A DNA stretch of 64,000 bases from Bacillota bacterium (GTDB taxonomy: Bacteria; Bacillota; Sulfobacillia; JAJZYS01; JAJYTV01). The stretch covers positions 27,745 through 91,744 of the forward strand of contig JAJZQO010000005.1 of assembly GCA_021847575.1 (NCBI GenBank), in the 5' to 3' direction. Shown here piece by piece: positions 27,553 to 39,065 of the stretch. A program made the translations under genes and the position numbers. The notes beneath the pieces were generated by a model. The model was not told where the DNA came from. It did no database searches and saw nothing but the letters and a program-made list of their open reading frames with translations. The stretch's first letter is position 1, and every line of letters starts with the position of its first letter.

Positions 27553-29628
27553 TTGCGACCGCTCATCATCGTGGAGAGCCCTGCCAAGGCCAAGACGATC
27601 GAGAAGTTCCTGGGACGCTCCTACAGCGTCCGCGCTTCGAAGGGGCACGTCCGCGACCTACCCAAGAGCCAACTCGGCGTCGCCGTCGACAACGATTTCG
27701 AGCCGCGCTACATCACCATCCGCGGCAAGGGCGACGTCATCAAGGAGCTCAGGGAGGCGGCCAAGAAGGCCGACCGCGTCTATCTCGCCACCGACCCCGA
27801 CCGCGAGGGAGAGGCGATCAGCTGGCACCTCGCTCAGGTGCTCGGCCTGAAGGACACGGAACCGGTGCGCATCGTGTTCCACGAAATCACGAAGGACGCC
27901 GTGCGCGGTGCCTTGCGCCACGCCAGGGCGATCGATTCCCGTCTGGTCGACGCGCAGCAGGCGAGGCGCGTGCTGGACCGGCTGGTCGGCTACCAGCTCT
28001 CGCCGCTACTCTGGCGCAAGGTGCGGCCAGGCCTCTCGGCCGGCCGCGTGCAGTCCGCCGCGGTGCATCTGATCGTGGAGCGCGAGGAGGAAATCCGCGC
28101 GTTCCGGCCGGTGACCTACTGGACGATCGCGGCGCAGCTGACGTCGCCCGACGGCGACGCGTTCACGGCGCGCTACCAGCAGGAGGGTGAGGAGGGCGAG
28201 CGCATCCTCGACGGCGAGCTGGCCGAGAGGATCGCGAGCGAGATAAAGGGCGGGGAACTGACGGTGGCGTCGGTGGACAAGCGCCGGCGCCGCCGCACGC
28301 CAGCGCTGCCCTTCACCACCTCGACCCTGCAGCAGGAGGCGTCGCGGCGGCTCGGCTTCACGGTGCGCCGCACGATGGCTGTGGCACAGGCCCTCTACGA
28401 GGGGCTCGAGCTGGAGGGCGAGGGTCACGTTGGCTTGGTCACGTACATCCGCACCGACTCGACGCGCATCGCGGACGAGGCCAAAGACGCTGTGGCCGCG
28501 TACGTCAGGGACAGATTCGGCGATGCCTACGCCCAGCCGGCCGAACGCCGGGAGCGCCGGCGCGTCGGCGTCCAGGACGCCCACGAGGCGATCCGCCCCA
28601 CATCGGTGCTGCGCCACCCGGACAGCCTCAAGGCTTCCCTGACGCGTGAGCAGCTGCAACTCTACCGCCTGATCTGGCAGCGCTTCGTGGCGAGCGCGAT
28701 GAGTCCGGCGGAATACGACCAGACGACGATCCGCCTCACCTTTGGCGACCACCCCTTCAGGGCGGTGGGCAGCGTGCTCGTCTTCCCCGGCTTCCAGGCC
28801 CTCACCGGCGCAGGCGAAGAGGACGACGCGGGTGAACTGCCGACGGTGCAGGCGGGGGATGCCTGCCGCTGCCAAAGCGCCGCGGCGGAGTCGCATGTCA
28901 CGGAACCGCCGCCCCGCTATACCGAGGCGACGCTCGTCAAGGCGCTCGAGGAGCGCGGCATCGGCCGCCCGAGCACCTACGCCCCCACGATCCAGGTGAT
29001 CCAGGACCGCAAGTACGTGGAGAGGGCCGACCGCCGCCTGCAGCCGACCGAACTCGGCGAGATTGTCGACGGTATGCTGCAGGAGCACTTCCCGGAGATC
29101 GTCGACCCGGAGTTCACCGCCGAACTCGAGGGGCGCCTGGACCAGGTGGAGGAGGGCCAGGTGGGTTGGAAGGCGGTCCTGCGCGACTTCTACGGACCCT
29201 TCCGCCGCGACCTCGAACAGGCGGAGGCGGCGATCGGCAAGGTCGAGCAGCAGGACGAAGTGTCGGACGTGCCTTGCGAGAACTGCGGGCGCATGATGGT
29301 GATCAAGCACGGCCGCTTCGGCCGCTTCCTCGCCTGTCCAGGCTACCCGGAGTGCAAGAACACGAAGCCCCTGCGCGAGCCGACCGGCGTCACCTGCCCG
29401 ATTTGCGGCGGCGAGATCGTCGAGCGTCGCACGCGTCGCGGGCGGACTTTCTACGGCTGCGCCAACTACCCGGGCTGCACCTTCACCACGTGGAAGAGAC
29501 CCGTGCGCGAGAGCTGCCCGCAGTGCGGCGCGTTTCTGGTCGAGCAGCCGCGCCGCGGCGGGCAGGGGGAGTATGTCTGCGTGCGCGAGGGCTGCGGCTA
29601 CAGGCGGCCGATGGCCAGCGCGCGCTAG
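27553..29628 (+). CDS. topA: DNA topoisomerase I
   Basis: Toprim N-terminus ([19 protein letters not shown]), catalytic Tyr region, and C-terminal CxxC zinc ribbons. TTG start 5 nt after GGGAGGAAAG. The ORF-track frame opens at 27298. Confidence 0.92.
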   Translation: MRPLIIVESPAKAKTIEKFLGRSYSVRASKGHVRDLPKSQLGVAVDNDFEPRYITIRGKGDVIKELREAAKKADRVYLATDPDREGEAISWHLAQVLGLKDTEPVRIVFHEITKDAVRGALRHARAIDSRLVDAQQARRVLDRLVGYQLSPLLWRKVRPGLSAGRVQSAAVHLIVEREEEIRAFRPVTYWTIAAQLTSPDGDAFTARYQQEGEEGERILDGELAERIASEIKGGELTVASVDKRRRRRTPALPFTTSTLQQEASRRLGFTVRRTMAVAQALYEGLELEGEGHVGLVTYIRTDSTRIADEAKDAVAAYVRDRFGDAYAQPAERRERRRVGVQDAHEAIRPTSVLRHPDSLKASLTREQLQLYRLIWQRFVASAMSPAEYDQTTIRLTFGDHPFRAVGSVLVFPGFQALTGAGEEDDAGELPTVQAGDACRCQSAAAESHVTEPPPRYTEATLVKALEERGIGRPSTYAPTIQVIQDRKYVERADRRLQPTELGEIVDGMLQEHFPEIVDPEFTAELEGRLDQVEEGQVGWKAVLRDFYGPFRRDLEQAEAAIGKVEQQDEVSDVPCENCGRMMVIKHGRFGRFLACPGYPECKNTKPLREPTGVTCPICGGEIVERRTRRGRTFYGCANYPGCTFTTWKRPVRESCPQCGAFLVEQPRRGGQGEYVCVREGCGYRRPMASAR

Positions 29629-29648
29629 GTCCTGAGGAGGGACGCCCG

Positions 29649-30515
29649 ATGCGGGTCGACGAGCTGGAGATCGCCCGGCTCATGGATCACCTGCGTCTGC
29701 GGAGCGCATCGCCGCACACGGTGCGGGCGTACCGTTCGGAACTCATGGCCCTGCAGGGCTTTCTCGCGGGCGAGGAGCTGACGCCCGGGCTCTTGCGGGC
29801 CTATCTCGCCAAACAGCAGAGCAGCGGCAAGGCGCGGCGCTCGATCGCCCGCTCGCTCTCCGCCGTGAAGGCGCTCGCCCGGCTGCGCCAGAGAACCGGC
29901 GAGAGCGTGCCGGAGTGGCTTTTCAGCGTGCGTGGGCCGAAGCTCGAGCGCCGCCTGCCCCAGTTCCTCAGCGTCGAGGAGATGGCCCGCCTGCTCAGCG
30001 CGCCCGAGGACGCATCGCCGCTCGGCCGGCGCGACCGCGCCATCTTCGAGCTGATCTACGCGAGCGGGTTGCGCGTCAGCGAGGCGGTGGGGCTCGATCT
30101 CCAGGATGTCTCGCTGGCCGGAAGGGAGTTGCGGGTGCACGGCAAGGGCGGCCGCGAGCGGATCGTGCCGTTCGGGCGCTCGGCCGAGCGGGCCCTGCGC
30201 ATCTACCTCGGCGAGGCCAGGGGACTTCTCGCGCGCGGCGGCGATGCGCTGTTCCTGAACAGGCGAGGCGGCAGGATCACGCAGCGCAGCGTGCGGCGGA
30301 TCCTGGAGGCCTACGAGCAGGCGGTCGGGCTGCCGCGCCGCGGCCCGCACAGCCTGCGGCACAGTTTCGCCACGCATCTGCTCGAGGGCGGCGCGGACCT
30401 CAGGGCCGTGCAGGAACTGCTCGGCCACCAGAGCCTGTCCTCGACCCAGATCTACACCCACGTGCAGGCGGGGCGGATGCGCGCCGTCTACCGGCAGGCG
30501 CACCCGCGCGCATAA
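29649..30515 (+). CDS. xerC: Tyrosine site-specific recombinase XerC/XerD family (chromosome dimer resolution)
   Basis: The R ... HxxR ... Y tyrosine-recombinase motifs ([36 protein letters not shown]). Conserved topA-xerC-hslVU context. Confidence 0.85.
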   Translation: MRVDELEIARLMDHLRLRSASPHTVRAYRSELMALQGFLAGEELTPGLLRAYLAKQQSSGKARRSIARSLSAVKALARLRQRTGESVPEWLFSVRGPKLERRLPQFLSVEEMARLLSAPEDASPLGRRDRAIFELIYASGLRVSEAVGLDLQDVSLAGRELRVHGKGGRERIVPFGRSAERALRIYLGEARGLLARGGDALFLNRRGGRITQRSVRRILEAYEQAVGLPRRGPHSLRHSFATHLLEGGADLRAVQELLGHQSLSSTQIYTHVQAGRMRAVYRQAHPRA

Positions 30516-30523
30516 AGTTGGCC

Positions 30524-31096
30524 AGGAGGTTGTTGTCTGTGGAGATTCCCCAGTTCCGCTCGACGACCGTGCTCGCGGTGGTCCGCGACGGCAGGGCGGC
30601 CATGGCCGCAGATGGTCAGGTCACGATGGGCGACGCGACGATCGTCAAGCATGGCGCGCGCAAGCTGCGCCGCCTCCATGAAGGCCAGGTCCTCGGCGGG
30701 TTCGCGGGATCGGTCGCCGATGCCCTGCTGCTCTTCGATGCCTTCGAGCGCCAACTGGCGGAGCAGCACGGCCAGCTCAGGCAGGCGGCGGCCGGACTCG
30801 TGCGCGCCTGGCGCCAGGACCGCATGCTGCGGCGGCTCGAGGCTCTGCTTTTGGTCTGCGACGCGAACCATGTCCTCCTCCTCTCCGGCCAGGGCGAGGT
30901 GATCGAGCCGGACGACGGCATCGCCGCAATCGGTTCGGGCGGGAACTACGCGCTCGCTGCGGCAAGGGCCCTGGCGGCCGAGACCAAACTGCCCGTGGGG
31001 GAGATCGCCCGCAAGGGGCTCGAGATCGCGAGCGAAATCTGCGTCTACACCAATGACCATATTACGGTCGAGGAGATCGGGGGCGGTGCGCGATGA
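30524..31096 (+). CDS. hslV: ATP-dependent protease subunit HslV (CodW-type)
   Basis: [22 protein letters not shown] ... [12 protein letters not shown] ... [14 protein letters not shown]. Start TTG 30524 or GTG 30530 after AGGAGG. The ORF-track frame opens far upstream at 29915. Confidence 0.85.
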   Translation, partial: RRLLSVEIPQFRSTTVLAVVRDGRAAMAADGQVTMGDATIVKHGARKLRRLHEGQVLGGFAGSVADALLLFDAFERQLAEQHGQLRQAAAGLVRAWRQDRMLRRLEALLLVCDANHVLLLSGQGEVIEPDDGIAAIGSGGNYALAAARALAAETKLPVGEIARKGLEIASEICVYTNDHITVEEIGGGAR

Positions 31097-32451
31097 CGGC
31101 GGCGGAGATCGTTGCAGCCCTGGACCGCTTCGTGATCGGCCAGGACGAGGCCAAGAGGCGCGTCGCGATCGCCCTGCGCAACCGCACGCGGCGTCAGGAG
31201 CTCGAACCCACCTTGCGCCAGGAGGTCACGCCGAAGAACATCCTGATGATCGGCCCGACGGGCGTCGGCAAGACGGAGATCGCCCGTCGCTTGGCGCGCC
31301 TGGTGGGGGCTCCGTTCGTCAAGGTGGAGGTGACGCGCTTCACGGAGGTCGGCTATGTCGGCCGCGACGTGGAGTCGGTCGTGCGCGACCTCGTCGAGGT
31401 GGCGCTCAGGCTGGTGCGCGACGAGATGCGCCGCCAGATCGAGCCCGACGTGCACGTGGCCGCGGAGGAGCGCCTGGTCGACCTCCTGATGGGCGACCGC
31501 GGCGAGCGCCCGAACCCGTTCGCGACGCTCTTCGGCTTCGCGTCGCCGCAGGAGCCGGCGGGGCCGCCGGGCGGCGCCGAGAAGGACGGCGAGCGGCGGG
31601 AGAAGCGGCGGACCCTGCGCGAGCGCCTGCGGCGCGGCGAGCTTGAAGACGAGATGGTCGACGTGGACGTCGAGGAGCAGATGCCCCTGCCCGTCGCCGA
31701 CGGCCAGGGCCAGATGCAGGAGATGCTGCAGCAGATGCTGCCGAAGCGGCAGAGGCGGCGCAGCATGAAGGTGCGCGACGCCCGCCCGATCGTGCGCATG
31801 CAGGAAGCGGACCGGCTGGTCGATCCCGACAAGGCGGCGCAGGAGGCCCTGCGCCGGGCGGAGCAGTCGGGGATCATCTTTCTCGACGAGATCGACAAGG
31901 TGGCGGCGCCCGGGGCCAGCCACGGTCCGGATGTCTCCCGCGAGGGTGTCCAGCGCGACCTTCTGCCAATCGTGGAAGGCACCACCGTCCAGACGAAGTA
32001 CGGCCCGCTCACCACGGACCACATCCTCTTCATCGCCGCCGGCGCGTTTCACATCGCGAGCCCGCAGGACCTCATACCCGAACTGCAGGGTCGCTTCCCG
32101 ATCCGCGTCGAGTTGCGCTCCCTCGGCGTCGAAGAGCTCCGGCGGATCCTCGTGGAGCCGGAGCACGCCCTGGTGAAGCAGTACGTGGCCCTGCTCGCGA
32201 CGGACGGGCTCGAACTCGAGGTGACCGACGACGCAGTGCTCGCCGTCGCCGAATTCGCGCACCAGCTCAACGAGGAGACCGAGGACATCGGCGCGAGGCG
32301 CCTGCACGCCCTGCTCGAGCGCTGCCTCGAGGACGCCCTGTTCCGAGCGCCCGACCCTGGCCTCACGCATCTCAAGGTCGATCGCGACTATGTGGTTCAT
32401 GAGCTCGGCGAGATCGCCGGCAATCCCGAACTCTCCCGCTACATCCTGTAG
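31093..32451 (+). CDS. hslU: ATP-dependent protease ATPase subunit HslU
   Basis: Walker A ([19 protein letters not shown]), I-domain and sensor motifs, 452 aa. Confidence 0.92.
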   Translation: MTAAEIVAALDRFVIGQDEAKRRVAIALRNRTRRQELEPTLRQEVTPKNILMIGPTGVGKTEIARRLARLVGAPFVKVEVTRFTEVGYVGRDVESVVRDLVEVALRLVRDEMRRQIEPDVHVAAEERLVDLLMGDRGERPNPFATLFGFASPQEPAGPPGGAEKDGERREKRRTLRERLRRGELEDEMVDVDVEEQMPLPVADGQGQMQEMLQQMLPKRQRRRSMKVRDARPIVRMQEADRLVDPDKAAQEALRRAEQSGIIFLDEIDKVAAPGASHGPDVSREGVQRDLLPIVEGTTVQTKYGPLTTDHILFIAAGAFHIASPQDLIPELQGRFPIRVELRSLGVEELRRILVEPEHALVKQYVALLATDGLELEVTDDAVLAVAEFAHQLNEETEDIGARRLHALLERCLEDALFRAPDPGLTHLKVDRDYVVHELGEIAGNPELSRYIL

Positions 32452-32477
32452 GCGAGCAGGCCAAAAACGCCATACCT

Positions 32478-32502
32478 GGGCCGGGACCTGGCGTCCCGGC
32501 CC
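32478..32502 (+). terminator. hslVU operon terminator hairpin
   Basis: Perfect 10-bp stem GGGCCGGGAC / GTCCCGGCCC with a 5-nt loop, 27 nt after the hslU stop. Confidence 0.5.
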
Positions 32503-32738
32503 TAGCCATGCATGTGGTCGCCGCGTACACCTACATCTAAGGGTATTGGCAGTGGCCAAGGAATAGGCTTTGTGGATAGGTACATATGGCCGTAGCATGT
32601 GAACAAGAGGTCGTGGAAGGTGGGAGTACGGATACAACACAAGGCCTAGAACGCGGCGCCTGGACCTCGAAAACGAGGCGCAATGGCCCCGGGCGGGTGC
32701 GACCCAGCGAATGTCCGTGCTATTCGGAGGTGGGCCAG

Positions 32739-32972
32739 ATGGTCACAGCGGACCGCGTGATCGACGCCCGGGGCAGCTTCTGTCCGGGACCGCTGATGGA
32801 GATGATCCGTGCGATGAAGACAGCCGAGGTCGGGCAGGTCGTGGAGGTCCTGACAAGCGATTCAGGATCCAAGACCGACATCCCGAAGTGGGCGGAGAAG
32901 GCCGGCCAGGAAGTTGTCGAGATCGTGAGCGGCGACGACGGGGACGCCATCCTCGTGCGCAAGGTCAAGTAG
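32739..32972 (+). CDS. TusA-like sulfurtransferase (sulfur carrier)
   Basis: 77 aa with the CPGP (CPxP) active-site motif at its N-terminus (DARGSFCPGPLMEM). ATG directly after GGAGGTGGG. The ORF-track start at 32586 is an upstream over-extension. Confidence 0.75.
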   Translation: MVTADRVIDARGSFCPGPLMEMIRAMKTAEVGQVVEVLTSDSGSKTDIPKWAEKAGQEVVEIVSGDDGDAILVRKVK

Positions 32973-32985
32973 AGGAGGGTCAGGC

Positions 32986-34131
32986 ATGCCGAAGCGACTG
33001 CTGGTCATCGGATCGGGCACGGCTGGCCTCATGGTCGCGAACCTCGCGGCGCGGGGGCTCGACGCGAAGGTGCGGCGCCATGAGGTCGAAATCACCGTTC
33101 TGGGCGAGCGGGACGATTACGTCTACCAGCCCGGATTCCTCTACGTCGCGTTCGATCTGATGGATCCGCGCAACCTGGTGCGGCCGGTGCGCGACCTCCT
33201 CCACCCGGTGGTGCGCTTCGTGCACGATCGCGCCCAGCGTGTGGACGCGGATTCGCGCACCGTCCTGACGCAGGGCGGCGTGAGCCTGCCCTACGACTAC
33301 CTCGTGATCGCGACAGGTTCGCGGATCAGTCCCGAGGAGGTGCCTGGACTCGCCGACGACGCCCACTGGTTCTATACCCTCGAGGGTGCCGTCAAGCTGC
33401 GCGAGGCGTTGCAGAACCTGCGCGGCGGACGCGTCGCGATCTCGGTCGGCATCCCGCACAAGTGCCCCGTCGCGCCGGTGGAGTTCACCTTGATGCTCGA
33501 CGCGTGGGCCAGGACGCGCGGGCTGCGCGATCAGCTCGAGATCACCTACACGTACCCGGTCGCCCGCGCCCACACGATCCCCGCGGTGGCGGAGTTCGCG
33601 GAGGCCGAGTTCGAGCGGCGCGACATCAAGCTCGAGACGTTCTTCAACATGGAGTCCGTGGATACGCAGGGACACGTCCTGCACAGCCAGGAGGGCACCG
33701 ACGTAGCGTACGACCTGCTGGTGACCGTACCGCCGCACAGGGGCGACGCGCTTGGCGGCGACTCCAGCCTGGCGGGCGGCGGCAACTGGTACCCGACCGA
33801 CCGCCAATTCCTGCAGGTGCAGGGACACGACAACATCTTCGCGGTGGGCGACACGACCGATCTGCCGGTCTCGAAGGCCGGATCGGTGGCGCACTTCGAG
33901 TCCGAGGTGGTTTCGGACAACCTCGTGGGCCTGCTTTCGGACGGGCACCGCCCGGGGCACACCTACGCGGGACGCGCCTTCTGCTTCATCGAGACGGGGC
34001 TGGAAGAGGCGACATACATCTCGTTCGACTTCCAGCATCCGCCGGTGGTGCCGACGCCTTCGCGTTCGATCCACTTCTTCAAGCAGACCTACAACCAGAT
34101 CCACTGGGCGAACCTCAAGGCCGTGATCTGA
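32986..34131 (+). CDS. Sulfide:quinone oxidoreductase-family flavoprotein (FAD-dependent pyridine nucleotide-disulfide oxidoreductase)
   Basis: Opens MPKRLLVIGSGTAGL (GxGxxG). SQR-type GD motif (AVGDTTDLPVSKAGSVAHFESEVV). Conserved Cys in PHKCPVAP and in AFCFIETG, positioned as in SQRs. SD GAGGAGGG. Confidence 0.75.
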   Translation: MPKRLLVIGSGTAGLMVANLAARGLDAKVRRHEVEITVLGERDDYVYQPGFLYVAFDLMDPRNLVRPVRDLLHPVVRFVHDRAQRVDADSRTVLTQGGVSLPYDYLVIATGSRISPEEVPGLADDAHWFYTLEGAVKLREALQNLRGGRVAISVGIPHKCPVAPVEFTLMLDAWARTRGLRDQLEITYTYPVARAHTIPAVAEFAEAEFERRDIKLETFFNMESVDTQGHVLHSQEGTDVAYDLLVTVPPHRGDALGGDSSLAGGGNWYPTDRQFLQVQGHDNIFAVGDTTDLPVSKAGSVAHFESEVVSDNLVGLLSDGHRPGHTYAGRAFCFIETGLEEATYISFDFQHPPVVPTPSRSIHFFKQTYNQIHWANLKAVI

Positions 34132-34167
34132 GGTCTTGAATCCGATTTGAACGGGGAGGCAAGGTAC

Positions 34168-34596
34168 ATGTCCGTCACGATGCCCGCGCCGACCGATGCG
34201 CCCAACCTGCCGCTCGAGGGCACGAACCTGGCCAACGCAGTCTTCGCGTCGCTGACGCCGCACATGGTCGCGCGCTTCGGCGAGGTGGCGGAATCGGCCA
34301 CCACAGCGCTCGACTTCCTGACAGCCCCCGAGATCCTGAGTCTCCTGCGTCGTACGCGCGAAGTGGCGCCCCTGCTCGAACAGGGCATCGGCGTGCTTGC
34401 GGCCTTGGCCGGCTCCGACGACGTGTCGCAGGTAGCCGAGCGCCTCGGCGCCGCCGCAGCCAAGGCGGCCCAGGCTGCGGCGTCCGGCCGGAGGGTCGGG
34501 CTCAGGGAGCTGATGGCTCTCAGGCGCGAGCCTGCGGCCCAGCACGCGCTCCGTTTCCTCGTCGCCCTGATGCGCAACCTGCGCCCCGCCGGCTAG
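34168..34596 (+). CDS. Small helical protein; size and position fit the DUF1641-type partners of SQR-like oxidoreductases (tentative)
   Basis: 143 aa. SD GGGGAGG before ATG 34168. A 36-bp gap after the SQR-like gene and 15 bp before the DsrE-like gene point to operon membership. I could not confirm the family from memory. Confidence 0.45.
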   Translation: MSVTMPAPTDAPNLPLEGTNLANAVFASLTPHMVARFGEVAESATTALDFLTAPEILSLLRRTREVAPLLEQGIGVLAALAGSDDVSQVAERLGAAAAKAAQAAASGRRVGLRELMALRREPAAQHALRFLVALMRNLRPAG

Positions 34597-34611
34597 CCTA
34601 GGAGGTCAGAT

Positions 34612-35022
34612 ATGTCCAGCGATCGCCTGTCGTTCATCGTCGCGGCCGGACAGGCCGACCGCCTGTTGCCGGTGGCGGTGCTCGCCTCGGGCGCGGCCGC
34701 CATGCAGACCGAAGTGCAGATCTTTCTCACGATGTGGGCCGTCCTCGCCTTGTGCAAGGGCGCCGGGCGCGCTCCTGTCTCGGCCACCTACTCGGGCATG
34801 ACGGAGACGTTCGGGGACCAGCTCCAAAAGCACCACGTCGGCTCGTTCGCCGAGATGGTTGCGCAGGCGAAGGAGATCGGCCCGGTGAAGGTCCTGGCCT
34901 GCGGCATGAGCATGGATCTGTTCGGCCTCACGCTCGAGGACCTGGACGATGTCGTGGATGGGGTGGCGGGTGTCGCCGGCTTCCTCGACAGCGCCCAGGA
35001 GGAACAAATCCTGTTCGTCTGA
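34612..35022 (+). CDS. DsrE/DsrF-like sulfur-relay protein
   Basis: 136 aa. Opens LSFIVAAGQADRLL and carries the conserved Cys in VKVLACGMSMDLFGL. SD AGGAGGT. Confidence 0.7.
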   Translation: MSSDRLSFIVAAGQADRLLPVAVLASGAAAMQTEVQIFLTMWAVLALCKGAGRAPVSATYSGMTETFGDQLQKHHVGSFAEMVAQAKEIGPVKVLACGMSMDLFGLTLEDLDDVVDGVAGVAGFLDSAQEEQILFV

Positions 35023-35039
35023 GACGGCCTCGTCTTGGG

Positions 35040-35074
35040 CGCCGCCCGCCGGCCGATCGGTCCGGCGGGCGGCG
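35040..35074 (+). terminator. Strong hairpin terminator after the sulfur-relay operon
   Basis: Perfect 13-bp stem CGCCGCCCGCCGG / CCGGCGGGCGGCG with a 9-nt loop, immediately after the DsrE-like stop. Confidence 0.55.
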
Positions 35075-35368
35075 CTGCTTCGCCGGGGGGCGTGACGCTG
35101 GCCAGAGGACGCGAGCATGTGGCGCGGGGCCCGCTGGCGGATCGCCGCGAACCAGCAGGCGGCCGATCCCTTCCTTGCAATATGGAAGGCCGATCGCAGC
35201 CCGCCTGACCCGGAAGGCGCCGGGGCGACGTCATGCGGCAATCCCGCGGAGGGACCCCGGGGCGGTCTCACGCGGCGCGACCGCCTTTTCGCGAGGGCCG
35301 TCGCCCTGGCGATGGGAACCTGGCCCCGGTCCGTCGGCAGCGCTGGCAACGGGCTGTCCCCGGCCTCA

Positions 35369-35397
35369 GTTGAGCCGGCTTTGACCGCATGGTATAC
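35369..35397 (+). promoter_or_regulatory. Near-consensus sigma-A promoter for rpsB-tsf (TTGAGC-17-TATACT) with a leader of about 115 nt
   Basis: -35 TTGAGC at 35369-35374, a 17-bp spacer, and -10 TATACT at 35392-35397. The downstream leader is GC-rich and structured, consistent with S2 autoregulation. Confidence 0.4.
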
Positions 35398-35510
35398 TGC
35401 GGAAGGCAAATTACGCACGCGTCACGATGCACTGGGCGGTGGCCCGGCAAGGACCGGGTTTCCCGGCGCAGAGGACCGGCGCGGCGGCAAAACCGAAAGG
35501 GAGGCATCAC

Positions 35511-36209
35511 GTGTCCTACATTTCCATGAAGCAGCTCCTTGAGGCGGGCGTGCATTTCGGCCACCAGACCAGACGCTGGAACCCGAAGATGCGCCCGTAC
35601 ATTTTCACGGAGCGCAACGGCATCTACATCATCGACCTGCAGAAGACCGTGAAGAAGGTCGACGAGGCCTACCAGTACATGCGCCAGGTCGCACAGGACG
35701 GCGGTCGCATCCTCTTCGTCGGCACCAAGAAGCAGGCCCAGGAGTCCGTCGCCGAGGAGGCTACCCGCTGCGGCGAATTCTTCGTCAACCAGCGCTGGCT
35801 CGGCGGCACCTTGACCAATTTCGGCACCATCAAGAAGCGCCTGCAGCGCCTGACCGAGATCGAGCAGATGGAAGCGGACGGCCGCTTCGAGGAGCTGACG
35901 AAGAAGGAAGTCAGCGGGCTCGTTCACGAGAAGGAGAAGCTCGAGAAGTTCCTGGGCGGCATCAAGGGCATGAAGAACCCGCCGGCGGCGCTGTTCGTCA
36001 TCGACCCGCGCAAGGAGCGCATCGCCGTCACGGAGGCCAACACGCTTGGCATTCCCGTGGTCGCGATCGTCGACACGAACTGTGACCCGGACGAGATCAG
36101 CTATGTGATCCCCGGAAACGACGACGCCATCCGAGCGGTCAAGCTGCTGACGGGCCGCATGGCGGATGCGGTTCTGGAGGGCAAGCAGGGAGTCCAGCTC
36201 GCCGAATAG
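35511..36209 (+). CDS. rpsB: 30S ribosomal protein S2
   Basis: [29 protein letters not shown] start 8 nt after GGGAGG. The ORF-track start at 35427 is an over-extension. Confidence 0.92.
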   Translation: MSYISMKQLLEAGVHFGHQTRRWNPKMRPYIFTERNGIYIIDLQKTVKKVDEAYQYMRQVAQDGGRILFVGTKKQAQESVAEEATRCGEFFVNQRWLGGTLTNFGTIKKRLQRLTEIEQMEADGRFEELTKKEVSGLVHEKEKLEKFLGGIKGMKNPPAALFVIDPRKERIAVTEANTLGIPVVAIVDTNCDPDEISYVIPGNDDAIRAVKLLTGRMADAVLEGKQGVQLAE

Positions 36210-36276
36210 GGCGGGCTTTCGGCGCCCCCGGGCAGAGCTCCGGGGGCGCCTGCCTACGAGTGCGGGAGGGAACAGC

Positions 36277-36894
36277 GTGGAGATTACGGCAGATATCGTC
36301 AAGGAACTGCGCCTTAAGACCGGCGCCGGCATGATGGACTGCAAGCGCGCCTTGCAGGAATCGGGCGGCGCCATGGACAGGGCGATCGAAATTCTGCGCG
36401 AGAAGGGTCTGGCCGCAGCGGCGAAGAAGGCGGGCCGCGTCGCCAAGGAAGGCGTCGTGGAGACCTACGCGCACGGCGGCGGCCGCATCGGCGTGATGGT
36501 CGAGGTCAACTGCGAGACCGACTTCGTCGCGCGCAACACCGACTTCCGCCAGGTCGTGCACGAGATCGCGCTGCAGGTCGCCGCGGCGAAGCCGCGCTGG
36601 GTGCGCCGCGAGGAAGTGCCCGAGGACACGATCGCCGCGGAGCGCCGCATCTACGATGCGCAGGCGCAGAACGAGGGCAAGCCGCCGCACATCGCGGAGA
36701 AGATCGTCCAGGGCCGTCTCGAGAAGTTCTTCCAGGAGTTCTGCCTGCTCGAGCAGGTGTACATCAAGGACGACAAGAAACGGGTGCAGGACCTCGTCGG
36801 CGAGCTTGTGGGCAAGCTCGGCGAGAACATCCAGGTGCGCAGGTTCGCACGCTTCGAGATCGGCGAGGAGATCGCGGGAAGCCAGGAGGCCTAG
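36277..36894 (+). CDS. tsf: Elongation factor Ts
   Basis: [25 protein letters not shown], 205 aa. GTG start 8 nt after GGGAGGG. Confidence 0.92.
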   Translation: MEITADIVKELRLKTGAGMMDCKRALQESGGAMDRAIEILREKGLAAAAKKAGRVAKEGVVETYAHGGGRIGVMVEVNCETDFVARNTDFRQVVHEIALQVAAAKPRWVRREEVPEDTIAAERRIYDAQAQNEGKPPHIAEKIVQGRLEKFFQEFCLLEQVYIKDDKKRVQDLVGELVGKLGENIQVRRFARFEIGEEIAGSQEA

Positions 36895-37623
<729 letters not shown>

Positions 37624-37624
37624 G

Positions 37625-38179
37625 TTGCACGCCTTGCTCGAAGAGGCCCAGGTTCGCATGAAGAAGTCGGTGAGCCTCCTCAGGGAGGATCTCCAGTCGA
37701 TCCGTGCGGGCCGCGCCACTCCGGCGCTGGTCGAGAAGCTGCATGTGGAGTACTACGGCACGCCCACGCCGCTGCAGCAGGTGGCGCAGATCTCGGTGCC
37801 GGAGCCTCGCCTTCTCGTGATCCAGCCGTGGGACAAGAGCCTCGTGCCTGTGATCGAGAAAGCGATCCTCAAGAGCGATCTCGGCATCTCGCCCTCATCG
37901 GACGGCGTCGTCCTGCGCCTCGCCATTCCGGCCCTGACCGAGGAACGTCGGCGCGAGCTCGTCAAGGTGCTGCACCGCAAGGCCGAGGAGGAGAAGGTCG
38001 CAGTGCGCAACGTGCGCCGCGACGCGCTCGAGCACCTCAAGGCGGAGCAGAAGTCCGGCAAGCTGCCCGAGGACGAGGCGAGGCGTCTCGAGAACGAACT
38101 GCAGAAGATCACGGACCGCATGGTCGCCGAGATCGACCAGACGGTCGCGGCGAAGGAGAAGGAGATCCTCGAGGTTTGA
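37625..38179 (+). CDS. frr: Ribosome recycling factor
   Basis: RMKKSVSLLREDLQSIRAGRATPALVEKLHVEYYGTPTPL. TTG start. Confidence 0.9.
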   Translation: MHALLEEAQVRMKKSVSLLREDLQSIRAGRATPALVEKLHVEYYGTPTPLQQVAQISVPEPRLLVIQPWDKSLVPVIEKAILKSDLGISPSSDGVVLRLAIPALTEERRRELVKVLHRKAEEEKVAVRNVRRDALEHLKAEQKSGKLPEDEARRLENELQKITDRMVAEIDQTVAAKEKEILEV

Positions 38180-38372
38180 CCTCACTCCTTGGCCTTTGGG
38201 AGGACGAGGCGCTCGAGATCTGTCGCCTGGCCGGGGTGCGGGCGGACGTCCGGCGGACCAGCCCGCCGCGTCCCTTCGACGGCGACCTCTGGCGGGTGGT
38301 GCAGCAGCGGGAAGGCCCCGAGGGTCTCTTGCTGGTGCTGGCGAGGTTCAAGTCCCAGCCGGAGGAACCACG

Positions 38373-39065
38373 ATGAACTACGGCGCGCGTCATGTAGCCA
38401 TCATCATGGACGGGAACGGCCGCTGGGCGGCCGCCCGCGGCGAGCCGCGGGTCGTCGGCCACCGGGCGGGCCTCGAGGCCCTGCGCCGGGTCGTGCGCGC
38501 GGCGCCGTCGCTCGGTCTCGAGTACCTCTCCGTCTACGCCTTCTCGACAGAGAACTGGAAGCGTCCACCCGAGGAGGTGGACGCGCTGATGAATCTCCTC
38601 GTGGAGTACCTGCGCTCGCAGATCGACGAACTCGACCGCGAGCATGTCAAGATGCTCTTCATCGGGGACAGCACGGCACTGCCGGAGCTCTGCCAGGAGG
38701 AGATGGAGCGGGCCGTCCGGCGCACCAGCCAGAACACCGGCCTCAAGCTGGCGATCGCGATGAACTACGGCGGGCGCGACGAGATCGTGCGCGCCGTGCG
38801 CCGCGTGCTGGCGGCCGGTCTGGATCCCGCCGCCCTCGACGAAGGCAGCTTCGCCAGCCACCTCGATACGGCCGACCTGCCCGATCCCGATCTCGTCATC
38901 CGGGCGAGCGGCGAGATGCGTCTTTCGAACTTCATGCTCTGGCAGACCGCCTACGCGGAGATCTACGTGACGCCGCAGTACTGGCCCGATTTCGACGGGG
39001 CCGTGCTGCAGCAGGCGCTTGAGGTGTTCGCCCAGCGCGAGCGCCGGTTTGGCGGTCTCGGCTGA
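38373..39065 (+). CDS. uppS: Undecaprenyl pyrophosphate synthase
   Basis: HVAIIMDGNGRWA ... AFSTENWKRP motifs. ATG after GGAGGAA. The ORF-track frame opens at 38196. Confidence 0.9.
   Translation: MNYGARHVAIIMDGNGRWAAARGEPRVVGHRAGLEALRRVVRAAPSLGLEYLSVYAFSTENWKRPPEEVDALMNLLVEYLRSQIDELDREHVKMLFIGDSTALPELCQEEMERAVRRTSQNTGLKLAIAMNYGGRDEIVRAVRRVLAAGLDPAALDEGSFASHLDTADLPDPDLVIRASGEMRLSNFMLWQTAYAEIYVTPQYWPDFDGAVLQQALEVFAQRERRFGGLG

Noticed and set aside
29649-30515. Tyrosine recombinase as a marker of an integrated mobile element
   Set aside because: It sits in the conserved topA-xerC-hslV-hslU chromosomal context and has no flanking repeats, att sites or phage genes, so it is the housekeeping XerC-type dimer-resolution recombinase.
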